Shown in pieces: positions 12,532 to 20,968 of a stretch of DNA of 64,000 nucleotides. Positions within the stretch are counted from its first letter, which is position 1; the number at the start of each line of letters is the position of its first letter. The notes under the pieces were generated by a model. That model saw only the letters and a list, made by a program, of their open reading frames with translations, made no database searches and was not told the DNA's origin. Source of the stretch: an uncultured Pseudomonadota bacterium. GTDB lineage: Bacteria; Pseudomonadota; Alphaproteobacteria; JACZXZ01. The translations under genes were made by a program, and so were the position numbers. The stretch covers positions 640,001 through 704,000 of the forward strand of contig CAVVLJ010000021.1 of assembly GCA_963749075.1 (NCBI GenBank), in the 5' to 3' direction.

Positions 12532-13470
12532 TCATTTCGGCTTCCATTCGCGCGCAAGCCGCTGGGCCTCGGCAATCTCCTGTGGCGTCATCTTCGCCGC
12601 GATCATGTCGCGTGCCTTGACGGCATCATCACGATTTTCAGTCTCCGACGCTGGGAAGCGCATGGCAGCCAGATTAAGCCATTTGTGCGCCTGTATATAG
12701 TCTTGCCGCACCCCCTGGCCGTTGCGGTACATGACACCGAGGTTGTACTGCGCGTCGGCGTCTCCCTGGTCAGCAGCCTTGCCGAACCACTTCACGGCCT
12801 CCGCATAGTCCTGCGGCACGCCAGTGCCCTTATCGTACATGATCCCGAGGTTGTATTGGGCGATGACGACGCCCTGGTCGGCAGCCCTCCGGTACCACGT
12901 CGCCGCTTGCGCGTCGTCTTGTGGCACCCCGTCACCGTTCTGGTATTTGACTCCGAGGTTGGATTGGGCCGGAGCGTAACCCTGAACCGCGGCCTTGCGA
13001 TACCACGTCACCGCCTGTGCGTGGTCCTTCTCCACGCCTTCGCCGTAATCGTACATCACCCCAAGATGGCCTTGAGCCTGGGCCTGCCCCTGGTCGGCAG
13101 CCTTGCGATACCACTTCACCGCCTCAACCTGATCTTTCGGCACGCCACGGCCCGAGGCAAACATGTTTCCGAGGGCACTTTCAGCCCCAGCATGTCCCTG
13201 GTCGGCCGCCTTGCGGTACCACTTCGCCGCCTCGGCATCGTCCTGTGGGACGCCATGGCCACTCTCATACATAGTCCCAAGTATCAATTGTGCCGGGGCC
13301 GCACCCTGGGTTGCCAGTGGGCGGATAAGTTGAAGTTCTGTCGCGTAGTCCCCGCGTTGATCAGCCGCCTGAGCGGCGGACACATCCTCAGCCACGCTGG
13401 CCAGCACTGGACGGGCAAGGTTCACAGACAGAACAAGGGCCACAAGCCCGGCCTTAATCAAGCTATGCAT
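12532..13470 (-). CDS. Secreted Sel1-repeat protein
   Basis: Signal peptide; about six AxxxLGxMYxxGxGVxxDxxxAxxWYxKAA repeats. Confidence 0.92.
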   Translation of the reverse strand: MHSLIKAGLVALVLSVNLARPVLASVAEDVSAAQAADQRGDYATELQLIRPLATQGAAPAQLILGTMYESGHGVPQDDAEAAKWYRKAADQGHAGAESALGNMFASGRGVPKDQVEAVKWYRKAADQGQAQAQGHLGVMYDYGEGVEKDHAQAVTWYRKAAVQGYAPAQSNLGVKYQNGDGVPQDDAQAATWYRRAADQGVVIAQYNLGIMYDKGTGVPQDYAEAVKWFGKAADQGDADAQYNLGVMYRNGQGVRQDYIQAHKWLNLAAMRFPASETENRDDAVKARDMIAAKMTPQEIAEAQRLAREWKPK

Positions 13471-13553
13471 GGTTCATGCCCACGGCCAAGGTTCCATTGC
13501 TCATCAATATCCCGAGCGACCCTACACCTCGTACATCACTGAAAAATCGGATT

Positions 13554-14159
13554 TTACTGGCCTGCATGCTCCATGGCCGAGGCGGTTTTCGTGATGGTTT
13601 GGATCAAAGCGGCGTCTCGATCATCATGCGAAGCGACACCCGTACGTAGCTTTGGCAGAACACCTCGGGCGTACTTGCACGCCTCCAAAAGTGCCTCCGC
13701 GACCGCTGCAACCAGGCTAGGCTGGATATCGTCTGGCGTCCGATGGCGCATCAATCGACCTACCCCGTCACGCGCAATCTCAATGAGCCCATAGATGATG
13801 ACGACATCCATCGCATCACTTCCAAGAAGTCCAATTTTATGAGTATTGGCAGGATATACGATCGGGACAGGCATGCGCGACAAGCTCTCCACCGTACGGG
13901 CCGTGATCGGTCCATCGGCTTTGTTGACCAATCCTTGGAGCGATATATGCGCTCCGAAGGCTCCCGGGATTAGTTGACGGAGCTCGATCGCGAGTGACTT
14001 GCGAAGGGCCTCGATCTCTCGATCAACCTTCCGCTGCTCGATCCTTAATGTCACGCACACTGCGATGATCGCTGCAAGTAACGCTATCAAGCCGGCGAGA
14101 AGCGACTGCCAATGATCCAGGAGATCTATGATGGTTGTATAGTGCCACGGCGCGGCCAT
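13554..14159 (-). CDS. Hypothetical protein with N-terminal transmembrane helix
   Basis: WQSLLAGLIALLAAIIAVCVTL; SD GGAGGAGG. Confidence 0.7.
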   Translation of the reverse strand: MAAPWHYTTIIDLLDHWQSLLAGLIALLAAIIAVCVTLRIEQRKVDREIEALRKSLAIELRQLIPGAFGAHISLQGLVNKADGPITARTVESLSRMPVPIVYPANTHKIGLLGSDAMDVVIIYGLIEIARDGVGRLMRHRTPDDIQPSLVAAVAEALLEACKYARGVLPKLRTGVASHDDRDAALIQTITKTASAMEHAGQ

Positions 14160-14703
14160 TCCCTCCTCCAAACTCATCTATGCCATAGCTCCCACAGTGA
14201 GATTAGGCTATCTCGAGGCGCGGAAAGGTCGGCAAACGGATTGAAAACGGGCTTTCGATAGCGAATTTGAGGCCGAAGAAAGGCTTGGATTTTGCTCGAC
14301 TATGCAACCGAATACACTTGCAAATTGCAGCCCGAACGACCGAAAGCGTGCTCAACTTTGTGCAGCGGCACCGATGCCTCCTGCCGCTGCCAAGCCTATT
14401 TTGAGGTTTGATTCTGCATCCTGAAAGCCCCGAATTTCCGACTACAATCGCCCATTGGCGGAATTGCCATTTCTCGAACAGGGATCGTAGTAGAGCGTAG
14501 TACGGCGCAGCGACGACGAAGAAGAAAATGAGGGCAAGTTAAAAGAACGGCACCATCCGGTGCCCAAGTGCTTGTCTGCACATCGTTTTTCATGGCGCCA
14601 CCCTATCGAGCCGTGACGCCATAATACTGGTAAAGCACGATTTTGGCGCGTTTTCTTCGGCGCCACCGCAAAACTCCGGCCAGGGCCACAGAGCGGTGCC
14701 GCA

Positions 14704-14846
14704 TTGCCATTGGTGCCTTCAAGCAAGCGTGCCGGGCCGCGTCGGGCTGTCAAGCCCGCAGCCGCGCAAGGCGCGGTGCCCCGGGGGGCAGGCTTGACAG
14801 CCCGCCTCATGCGGCCCGGCATAGGCTTGCCAAGCACCAATGGCAA
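14704..14846. other. Long nested inverted repeat (branched hairpin)
   Basis: TTGCCATTGGTGC/GCACCAATGGCAA, GCCGGGCCGC/GCGGCCCGGC, CGGGCTGTCAAGCC/GGCTTGACAGCCCG, plus two small apical hairpins. Confidence 0.8.
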
Positions 14847-14930
14847 AATGGGCAGCGGGCTTCCGTCTCTATCAGACGGCGACTTCCCTTTCAGATGCAA
14901 AGCGCCGCCGGATGAGGTAAACTTCCGCCC

Positions 14931-15110
14931 ATGGCGACAAAGCGCAAGACGGACGCGGACGCCTCGGCGCTCGACCCGGCCTATGTGGCCGCGGTCGAAG
15001 AAGCGCGTGCCGAGGTCGATGCTGGCAAGACCGTTCCTTACGAGGAGGTCCGCCGATGGCTGCTATCGTGGGGCACTAAGAAGGAATTGCCGCGCCCGCG
15101 ATGCAAGTAA
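14931..15110 (+). CDS. Short antitoxin (partner of a RelE/ParE toxin), 59 aa, absent from the ORF track
   Basis: MATKRK...AVEEARAEVDAGKTVPYEEVRRWLLSWGTKKELPRPRCK; overlaps the toxin start. Confidence 0.85.
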   Translation: MATKRKTDADASALDPAYVAAVEEARAEVDAGKTVPYEEVRRWLLSWGTKKELPRPRCK

Positions 15111-15376
15111 GGTTCGCTGACGCGGCCCTCGCGGATATCGAAAGCATCCGAGCCTATATCGCACAAGACAACCCATCGGCCGCGAGCCGAACGGCCGTCG
15201 CGATCGTCGCGGCGACCGACCGCTTGGGCGCCAACCCGCGCCTAGGCCGCCTTGGTACGATGCCCGGCACCTTCGAGCTGATCGTCCGGCCCTATGTGCT
15301 CGTCTATGAGATTCACCGGGCCGAGATCATCGTGCTACGCGTCTGGCATGGACGGCAACGGCGCCCGGGAACCTGA
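15101..15376 (+). CDS. RelE/ParE family toxin
   Basis: FADAALADIESIRAYIAQDNPSAA...PRLGR...PYVLVY...VLRVWHGRQ. Confidence 0.9.
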   Translation: MQVRFADAALADIESIRAYIAQDNPSAASRTAVAIVAATDRLGANPRLGRLGTMPGTFELIVRPYVLVYEIHRAEIIVLRVWHGRQRRPGT

Positions 15377-15716
15377 TTGAGGTTCGCACGCCGCTCACGA
15401 CGGCGCCAGGCGCACCGGGAGCGAACGAATTCTACCGCGCTCAAAGCTCTCCCGAATACGAGCGACTGCGCTTCGACTGCCTTTGTTCATGCTCTACTAT
15501 CCTTAACCCGACGCACTCGGGAAATCGCCATTGACGGCGCACGATGCGAGGCCCAATTCCGATTCTCAACGGATATTTTCTTGGAGGAGGGTGGCGGTGA
15601 TTGGGGACGACAATATCCGGGCCGGCGATCCGCGACGAGATCGGCATTCCGGTGCCGCGGATGCATCAAGGAGAAATGATGCCCGTGGCACGCCAAGGAG
15701 GTCGCAGGAACAACTT

Positions 15717-15941
15717 CCGACAGACGCGGCGACCACCGCCATCCCTTTTGCACAACGCCTCGCCTGTACCGTCGCGGAGGCGTGCGAGGCCACGGGCCTA
15801 GGTCGAACGAAGCTTTACGAGCTGATCGGCGAAGGGTTGCTCGACACGACCATGATCGGGCGCCGCCGGTTGGTGCTGGTGCGTTCGCTTCGAGCGCTGC
15901 TGGAGGAGCACGACGCGCAGCGTCGACCGACGCCCCGTTGA
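15717..15941 (+). CDS. Excisionase-like helix-turn-helix protein; start unclear
   Basis: RLACTVAEACEATGLGRTKLYELIGEGLLDTTMIGRRRLV; the nearest SD-ATG (15677) is in another frame. Confidence 0.65.
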   Translation, partial: PTDAATTAIPFAQRLACTVAEACEATGLGRTKLYELIGEGLLDTTMIGRRRLVLVRSLRALLEEHDAQRRPTPR

Positions 15942-16011
15942 GCTCGCTGTGATTTTGGCACTTATCGCTCTGTCAGTGTATAGTCGGCGGGCAGGATCAA
16001 GGACGAGAGCG

Positions 16012-16302
16012 ATGCGGCCATCGGAAGCTGTTGCGCAACACCGCCAGGCACTTTTGGAGATGGCCCGCCGCTACGGCGTCTCGAATGTGCGGGTATTCGG
16101 GTCGGTTGCTCGCGGGGAAGATGGCGAGGGGAGCGATGTCGATCTGCTAGTCGATGCGCCCCGCGGAACGACCTATTTCACCTTGGCCCGCTTGCAGGAT
16201 GAAGCGGAACGCCTGACCGGTATCAGCGTCGATATCCATACTCCCGAAGGATTGAAGGCCCGTGTCCGCGCCGAAGTGCTGGCCGAGGCACGGCCGTTGT
16301 GA
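16012..16302 (+). CDS. MNT (minimal nucleotidyltransferase) antitoxin
   Basis: VFGSVARGEDGEGSDVDLLV (GSx10DxD). Confidence 0.9.
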   Translation: MRPSEAVAQHRQALLEMARRYGVSNVRVFGSVARGEDGEGSDVDLLVDAPRGTTYFTLARLQDEAERLTGISVDIHTPEGLKARVRAEVLAEARPL

Positions 16303-16682
16303 CCGGAAAAACAGGTAAGGAGCATCGCGCCAACGTCGACGAATGCCTGGACGAGATGCGGGCGAGTGCCGCGGCCATCGCGCGGTACATTGATGGGCTC
16401 AGCGAGGAGCGCTTCACCCAAGAGGAGATGCGACAGGATGCCGTCGTGCGGCGGCTGGAGATGATCGGCGAGGCGGCCGACCGTATCATGAAGGCGGATC
16501 CTGAATACGAGAAAAACCTGCCGGGCATAGCGCTTGTCGAAGCCAAGCGCATGCGAAATTTCGTGATCCATGGATACGATCAGGTCGACATCAGTGTCGT
16601 TTGGCACACGGCGAGGCATGACATTCCGAGCTTGCGGGCAGCGATCGAGAAGGTGCTATCCAGCCGTAGATTGAAAAGCTGA
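16299..16682 (+). CDS. HEPN (DUF86/HepT-like) RNase toxin
   Basis: DAVVRRLEMIGEAA, RNFVIHGY (Rx4HxY); GTGA overlap with MNT. Confidence 0.9.
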   Translation: MTGKTGKEHRANVDECLDEMRASAAAIARYIDGLSEERFTQEEMRQDAVVRRLEMIGEAADRIMKADPEYEKNLPGIALVEAKRMRNFVIHGYDQVDISVVWHTARHDIPSLRAAIEKVLSSRRLKS

Positions 16683-16806
16683 CCGCACCAGGGAGCCAAA
16701 TCGACCGCTGTCATCCGCACACACTCGCCAGAATCCGGCGCACCCGCGCGGGTAACGCTGCGGGAACAGCGAAGGCCATATACGGTACGTATTTGATAAT
16801 ATTGCG

Positions 16807-18447
16807 TTATTCAGCCTCGAAGGGCGGACACCCCCTCCGCCACTTCAGAACAGAACTGCGAACGCCGGGCGCAGCCGGCTTTACGCCGGCTGCGGCGGTC
16901 AGCGTCTGAAGCAAGTTGCTTTTCGAGCCGATGATGCGGACCTCGCGGTCGGCGACCTCGACGCGCTGGGCAAGCGCCCGAAGGTGGTCGCGGCGATAGC
17001 CGCCGCCGTCGATCCTGATCCGCTCGCGCGCCGTCCTGGCGAACCTCTGGACCATCTGCGGCGTGATCGCCTGCTGACCTGACGACTCCAGCATCGCGGC
17101 AGCACGCGCGGCGTCGGCTTGCGCCTGGTCGCGGATCGCCTTGAGGCTTGCGACGCGCTCCTTCAGCGCTGGGTCGTCGAGATCGGCAACGCCGGCCTCG
17201 ATGGCGTCGTAGAGCCGCTTGAGGCGCAGATCGGTCTCGGTTGCGCGCTTGTTCAACTCGACGATGTGCTCGCGGCGGCGGCCGGCGCGCTCCTGCCGGC
17301 TGTCCAGAACGGACGCCAGAATCTCCTCGAGCCGCTCCGGCTGGAGCAAACGGTCGGCGAGGTGCTCCGCTACAAGGGTGTCCAGCTTCTCCATCGGGAC
17401 CGAACGGCCCTTGCAGCCGGTCTCGCCCTGCCGCGCCTTGATCGAGCAGGTGTAGTAGCGATACCGCCCTCCCTTCCCGGTCCTGAGCGTCATGGCGCCG
17501 CCGCAGTCGGCGCAGAAGCAAATGCCGGTAAGGAGGGTGGGGCCGCTCACGACGCGCGCCGGCGTGACCTTCGGATTGCGGGCGCGGAGATGCGCCTGGA
17601 CCGCGTCGAATGTCGCCTGATCGATCAGCGGCGGCACCTCGACGGTGACGATCTCGCTGGCAGGCTTCAGCGTCTTATTCTTCGCGCGCTTGTTGAACTC
17701 GTGGCGGCCGACATAGGTCGTCCGCGTGAGGATGCGGTGCACTTGGCCGATGCCCCAGCGTCCGCCGTCGCGGGTGAAGATGCGATGTTGGTTGAGATAA
17801 ACCGCGATGTTCTTGACGCCCATCGGGCCGCTCGTCGCGTCGCCCTCCAAAGCCAGCCGATAGATCAGCCGGATCGTGTCGGCGTGCAGCGGATCGATTT
17901 CGAGCTTCTTCTTGACCTTGGCGCCGCGCTGCTCGGCCGCGACGACGCGGTAACCGATCGGCGGCAATGAGCCGTTCCAGAAGCCTTGCCGCGCGTTCTC
18001 TTTCAGCGCACGAAGAACATGCTTGGCGTTTTCCTTCGCTTGGTACTCGTCAAACAGCGCCATGATCTGCCGCATCATGACGTGCATCGGATCGTCACCC
18101 ATCTCCTGGGTAATCGAGACAAGCCGAACGCCATTCTTGGCGAGCTTGCGGACGTAGAACTCCAGCTCGAAGTGGTCGCGGAAGAACCGCGAGAAGCTGT
18201 GAACGATGACGATATCGAAGGGCGTGGGCTTGCTGGTGCCCGCTTCGATCATGCGCTGGAACTCGGGCCGGCGATCATTGGTGGCTGATGCGCCGGGTTC
18301 GACGTAGGTCTCGGCGAGCTGGTAACCGCGCGACTGGCAGTACGCCTCGCCTTGCCGCTTCTGATCCGGGATCGAGACATCATGCTCGGCTTGCCGCGCC
18401 GTCGAGACGCGCAAGTAAAGGGCGGCGCGCAACGGCACGGTCATCAC
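16807..18447 (-). CDS. Large serine recombinase whose 3' end crosses the att site
   Basis: ALYLRVST catalytic Ser, recombinase domain, CADCG...YYTC zinc ribbon, coiled coil; ends KWRRGCPPFEAE across the tRNA-derived repeat. Confidence 0.95.
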   Translation of the reverse strand: MMTVPLRAALYLRVSTARQAEHDVSIPDQKRQGEAYCQSRGYQLAETYVEPGASATNDRRPEFQRMIEAGTSKPTPFDIVIVHSFSRFFRDHFELEFYVRKLAKNGVRLVSITQEMGDDPMHVMMRQIMALFDEYQAKENAKHVLRALKENARQGFWNGSLPPIGYRVVAAEQRGAKVKKKLEIDPLHADTIRLIYRLALEGDATSGPMGVKNIAVYLNQHRIFTRDGGRWGIGQVHRILTRTTYVGRHEFNKRAKNKTLKPASEIVTVEVPPLIDQATFDAVQAHLRARNPKVTPARVVSGPTLLTGICFCADCGGAMTLRTGKGGRYRYYTCSIKARQGETGCKGRSVPMEKLDTLVAEHLADRLLQPERLEEILASVLDSRQERAGRRREHIVELNKRATETDLRLKRLYDAIEAGVADLDDPALKERVASLKAIRDQAQADAARAAAMLESSGQQAITPQMVQRFARTARERIRIDGGGYRRDHLRALAQRVEVADREVRIIGSKSNLLQTLTAAAGVKPAAPGVRSSVLKWRRGCPPFEAE

Positions 18448-18462
18448 GATTGTCCTCTCAGA

Positions 18463-18645
18463 TCATCGGCACGGCCCCAACAGCTCATCGAAGACATCGC
18501 CGAACCAAGCCTCGAACACGTCGAGCTCGGCATCGGTAATCGGCACGGCGTCAGGCCAATCGTCCGTGACGGTCCACGTCTCGAAGGTCATGCTTCGGCG
18601 GGCGCCCGATGCGGGGCCAGGGCTCGATCGGAATGTAAAGGTCAT
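18463..18645 (-). CDS. Small acidic hypothetical protein upstream of the recombinase (candidate directionality factor)
   Basis: WTVTDDWPDAVPITDAELDVFEAWFGDVFDELLG; ends 15 nt before the recombinase start. Confidence 0.6.
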   Translation of the reverse strand: MTFTFRSSPGPASGARRSMTFETWTVTDDWPDAVPITDAELDVFEAWFGDVFDELLGPCR

Positions 18646-18982
18646 CGGGCAAGATGCCCAGGCTGGCACGCGGGCGAGGCATCCCGACAGGATCGCGCCG
18701 AGCACTCCCAGGATGAACGGCCGATCTCTATCCCGCAGCATCCTTCCCCCTCCCGGCGGTCTCGCGGCGTAGATGGATGGCGGTTTCCACGTTGATATGA
18801 TTGACGTTTTTGTGAAAACGTATGGCACGGGTTTTCCGGCGGATGGCCGAAAAGCTAAATCATTCCAATCCACTGCGCGCGCCGGACGGCCTCGCTTTTC
18901 CCTTGCCGTCCCGACACCGCTTCGCCGAATATATCCGAAAACGCGAGCGCGCAGTTAGCCGGTTCGCCGCGGCGAGGAACCG

Positions 18983-19642
18983 ATGGGCAGAACGAAATTT
19001 GAGATCGAACATGTCCCGGGAGTGTCGGTCTCGACCGACGATATCTTATTGGATCTTCGCCGGGTGGCCGAATGCGCCGGCGCAAACGTCATCTCCGCAA
19101 GGCTGTATCAGCAATACGGAAAATATTCTTGGAGCACCGCCGCCAAGCGATTCGGCAGCTGGAATAAGGCCGTCATAGCGGCTGGGTTAGAAATAGCGAA
19201 TGAAATCAATGTCTCCGACGACCGCCTTTTCGAAAACCTGATGCGTCTCTGGGAACATTACGGTCGGCAGCCGCGCCGCCGCGAACTCGCCCATCCGCCT
19301 TCGCTGTTTTCTGAAGGCGCCTACCGCCGGCTTGGCTCATGGACGGATGCACTGAAGCAATTCGTCGCATACGCAAACGCGCAAGACATGGAGCCCCCGG
19401 CTCCGGGCGAAGCTTCAACCGGTCACAAAACAGGACGAGATCCATCCCTAAGACTCCGATTTCGCGTGATGAAGCGAGACAATTTCTCATGTCGTGCTTG
19501 CGGAGCAAGTCCCGCTTTGACGCTTGGCTTGTCGCTACACGTCGATCACGTCAAGGCGTGGAGTCTTGGCGGCGAGACAGTCGAAGAAAACCTGCAGACG
19601 CTGTGCGAGCCGTGCAACCTCGGCAAGAGCAACGTACTCTAA
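18983..19642 (+). CDS. HNH endonuclease with two N-terminal helical (homing-endonuclease-associated-like) repeats
   Basis: FGSWNKA / LGSWTDA repeats; CRACG...HVDHV...GG...NLQTLCEPCN. Confidence 0.88.
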   Translation: MGRTKFEIEHVPGVSVSTDDILLDLRRVAECAGANVISARLYQQYGKYSWSTAAKRFGSWNKAVIAAGLEIANEINVSDDRLFENLMRLWEHYGRQPRRRELAHPPSLFSEGAYRRLGSWTDALKQFVAYANAQDMEPPAPGEASTGHKTGRDPSLRLRFRVMKRDNFSCRACGASPALTLGLSLHVDHVKAWSLGGETVEENLQTLCEPCNLGKSNVL

Positions 19643-19658
19643 GCCCCGGCGACACAGT

Positions 19659-19712
19659 TCATAGGGCTATGGCGTAGACATAGTGCTCATCATCGTCGGT
19701 CGTGGCCCGCCA
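19659..19712 (-). other. Detached alternative 3' end of the serine recombinase gene
   Basis: TGG CGG GCC ACG ACC GAC GAT GAT GAG CAC TAT GTC TAC GCC ATA GCC CTA TGA = WRATTDDDEHYVYAIAL*, in frame with the recombinase W-R at the shared core. Confidence 0.7.
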
Positions 19713-19932
19713 CCCTTCGCCCTTGGGGCTACGGGTGGCATGCCGCTTATGAGATCGACGGGCGTGGGGAGACTGTCGCCGCGCATGCGGCGCGCCCAAA
19801 GACGGCGTTTGCTGCGCGAAGCCGCCCACATCTCGCCGCTTGACGCCCAAGACGTTCTTCGGTCAGTCTCGCCGGCCTCGGGGGGAAGCCTTCGAGCCGA
19901 ACGATTGAACATAGCAGCGCGGAGCAATGGAA

Positions 19933-20187
19933 ATGGCTACCCATGGTTTTATTGCCTGGCTGATCATCGGCGCCGTCGCCGGCTGGCTCGCGGGGCTTCT
20001 CGTCAAGGGTGGCGGCTTTGGTCTGATCGGCGACATCGTCGTCGGGATCATCGGCGCTTTCATCGGCGGCTGGCTCGCCGGCTTCCTTCACATCAATATC
20101 GGCGGCGGGCTGATCGCATCCATCATCACGGCGACCGTCGGGGCGGTCGTCCTGACCGTCATCCTGCACCTCGTCAGGCGAGCCTGA
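19933..20187 (+). CDS. GlsB/YeaQ/YmgE (transglycosylase-associated) membrane protein
   Basis: WLIIGAVAGWLAG...GLIGDIVVGIIGAFIGG. Confidence 0.9.
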   Translation: MATHGFIAWLIIGAVAGWLAGLLVKGGGFGLIGDIVVGIIGAFIGGWLAGFLHINIGGGLIASIITATVGAVVLTVILHLVRRA

Positions 20188-20363
20188 CGTAGCCCCCGCC
20201 GCCGGCCTGCCGACTGGCGGCGCGGCCGGGCGGCTGCCCGCTTCGCTTGGCCGCAGGGCTTAGCCGCGGCACCGTGCTGCCCGCGATCCCTCGCTGACCT
20301 AGATCAAGGCACGCCGGTTGCCGTCCCATGTAGGCTCGGAAGTGGCTTGGCTTGGAGAGGCAC

Positions 20364-20936
20364 ATGCAGCTTCCGGTACAAATCACCTTCCGCAACATGG
20401 CGCCGTCGCCGGCCGTGGAAGCGCACATCCGCGAGCGCGCCGACGCCCTCGAGCGCTATTTCGCAAGGATCATCGCGTGCCGCGTCGTCGTGGAGGCGAG
20501 CACGCGCCGCCAGCGCAAGGGCCGGCTGTACCATTTGCGCGTCGATCTCACCGTCCCGGGGCGAGAGATCGTGGTCAAGCGCGATCCCTCGGAACACCAC
20601 GCGCATGAGGACATCCTGGTCGCCGTGCGGGACGCCTTCGACGCCGCCCGCCGGCAGCTCGAGGACCACGCCCGCGCCGCGCGCGGCGACACGAAGGTTC
20701 ACGAGACGCCGCGCCATGGCCGCGTCGTCCGGCTCTTCAAGGAGAACGGCTACGGTTTCATCCGGTCGAGCGGGGGCGAGCAAATCTATATGCACCGGAA
20801 CGCCGTGGCCGGCGACGCCTTCGACGCCCTCGCGGAAGGCGACGAGGTTCGCTATGCCGTCCATGAGGGCGAAGGGGAGAAGGGCCCGCAGGCCAGTACG
20901 GTGGTCCCGCTCGGAAAGCACCACCTGGCGCCGTGA
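20364..20936 (+). CDS. HPF/RaiA-like ribosome-associated domain fused to a cold-shock domain
   Basis: MQLPVQITFRNM...AVRDAFDAARRQL; GYGFI...IYMHRNAV...GPQAS. Confidence 0.88.
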   Translation: MQLPVQITFRNMAPSPAVEAHIRERADALERYFARIIACRVVVEASTRRQRKGRLYHLRVDLTVPGREIVVKRDPSEHHAHEDILVAVRDAFDAARRQLEDHARAARGDTKVHETPRHGRVVRLFKENGYGFIRSSGGEQIYMHRNAVAGDAFDALAEGDEVRYAVHEGEGEKGPQASTVVPLGKHHLAP

Positions 20937-20968
20937 AAGCCGGCTGCCGGTCGGGTGCCGCGTGCGGC

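Larger units (their letters stand above)
10012..16842. mobile_element. Element A: tyrosine-integrase genomic island in tRNA-Ser
   Basis: 14-bp direct repeat CACCCCCTCCGCCA at 10012-10025 and 16829-16842; integrase next to the tRNA; visibly lower-GC cargo. Confidence 0.9.
16837..19713. mobile_element. Element B: about 2.9 kb serine-recombinase element
   Basis: CCGCCAC at 16837-16843 and 19707-19713; joining the two restores an in-frame recombinase C-terminus. Confidence 0.72.

Noticed and set aside
11441-14260. GCTTTCGATA direct repeat flanking the three-gene cargo
   Set aside because: Only 10 bp with weak extension; insufficient to call a cassette boundary.
19659-19700. HYVY as the remnant of a GIY-YIG nuclease
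   Set aside because: Better explained as the in-frame detached recombinase C-terminus; no other nuclease motif follows.
19860-20220. Loose inverted similarity flanking the GlsB/YeaQ gene
   Set aside because: Too degenerate and GC-rich to support a MITE call.
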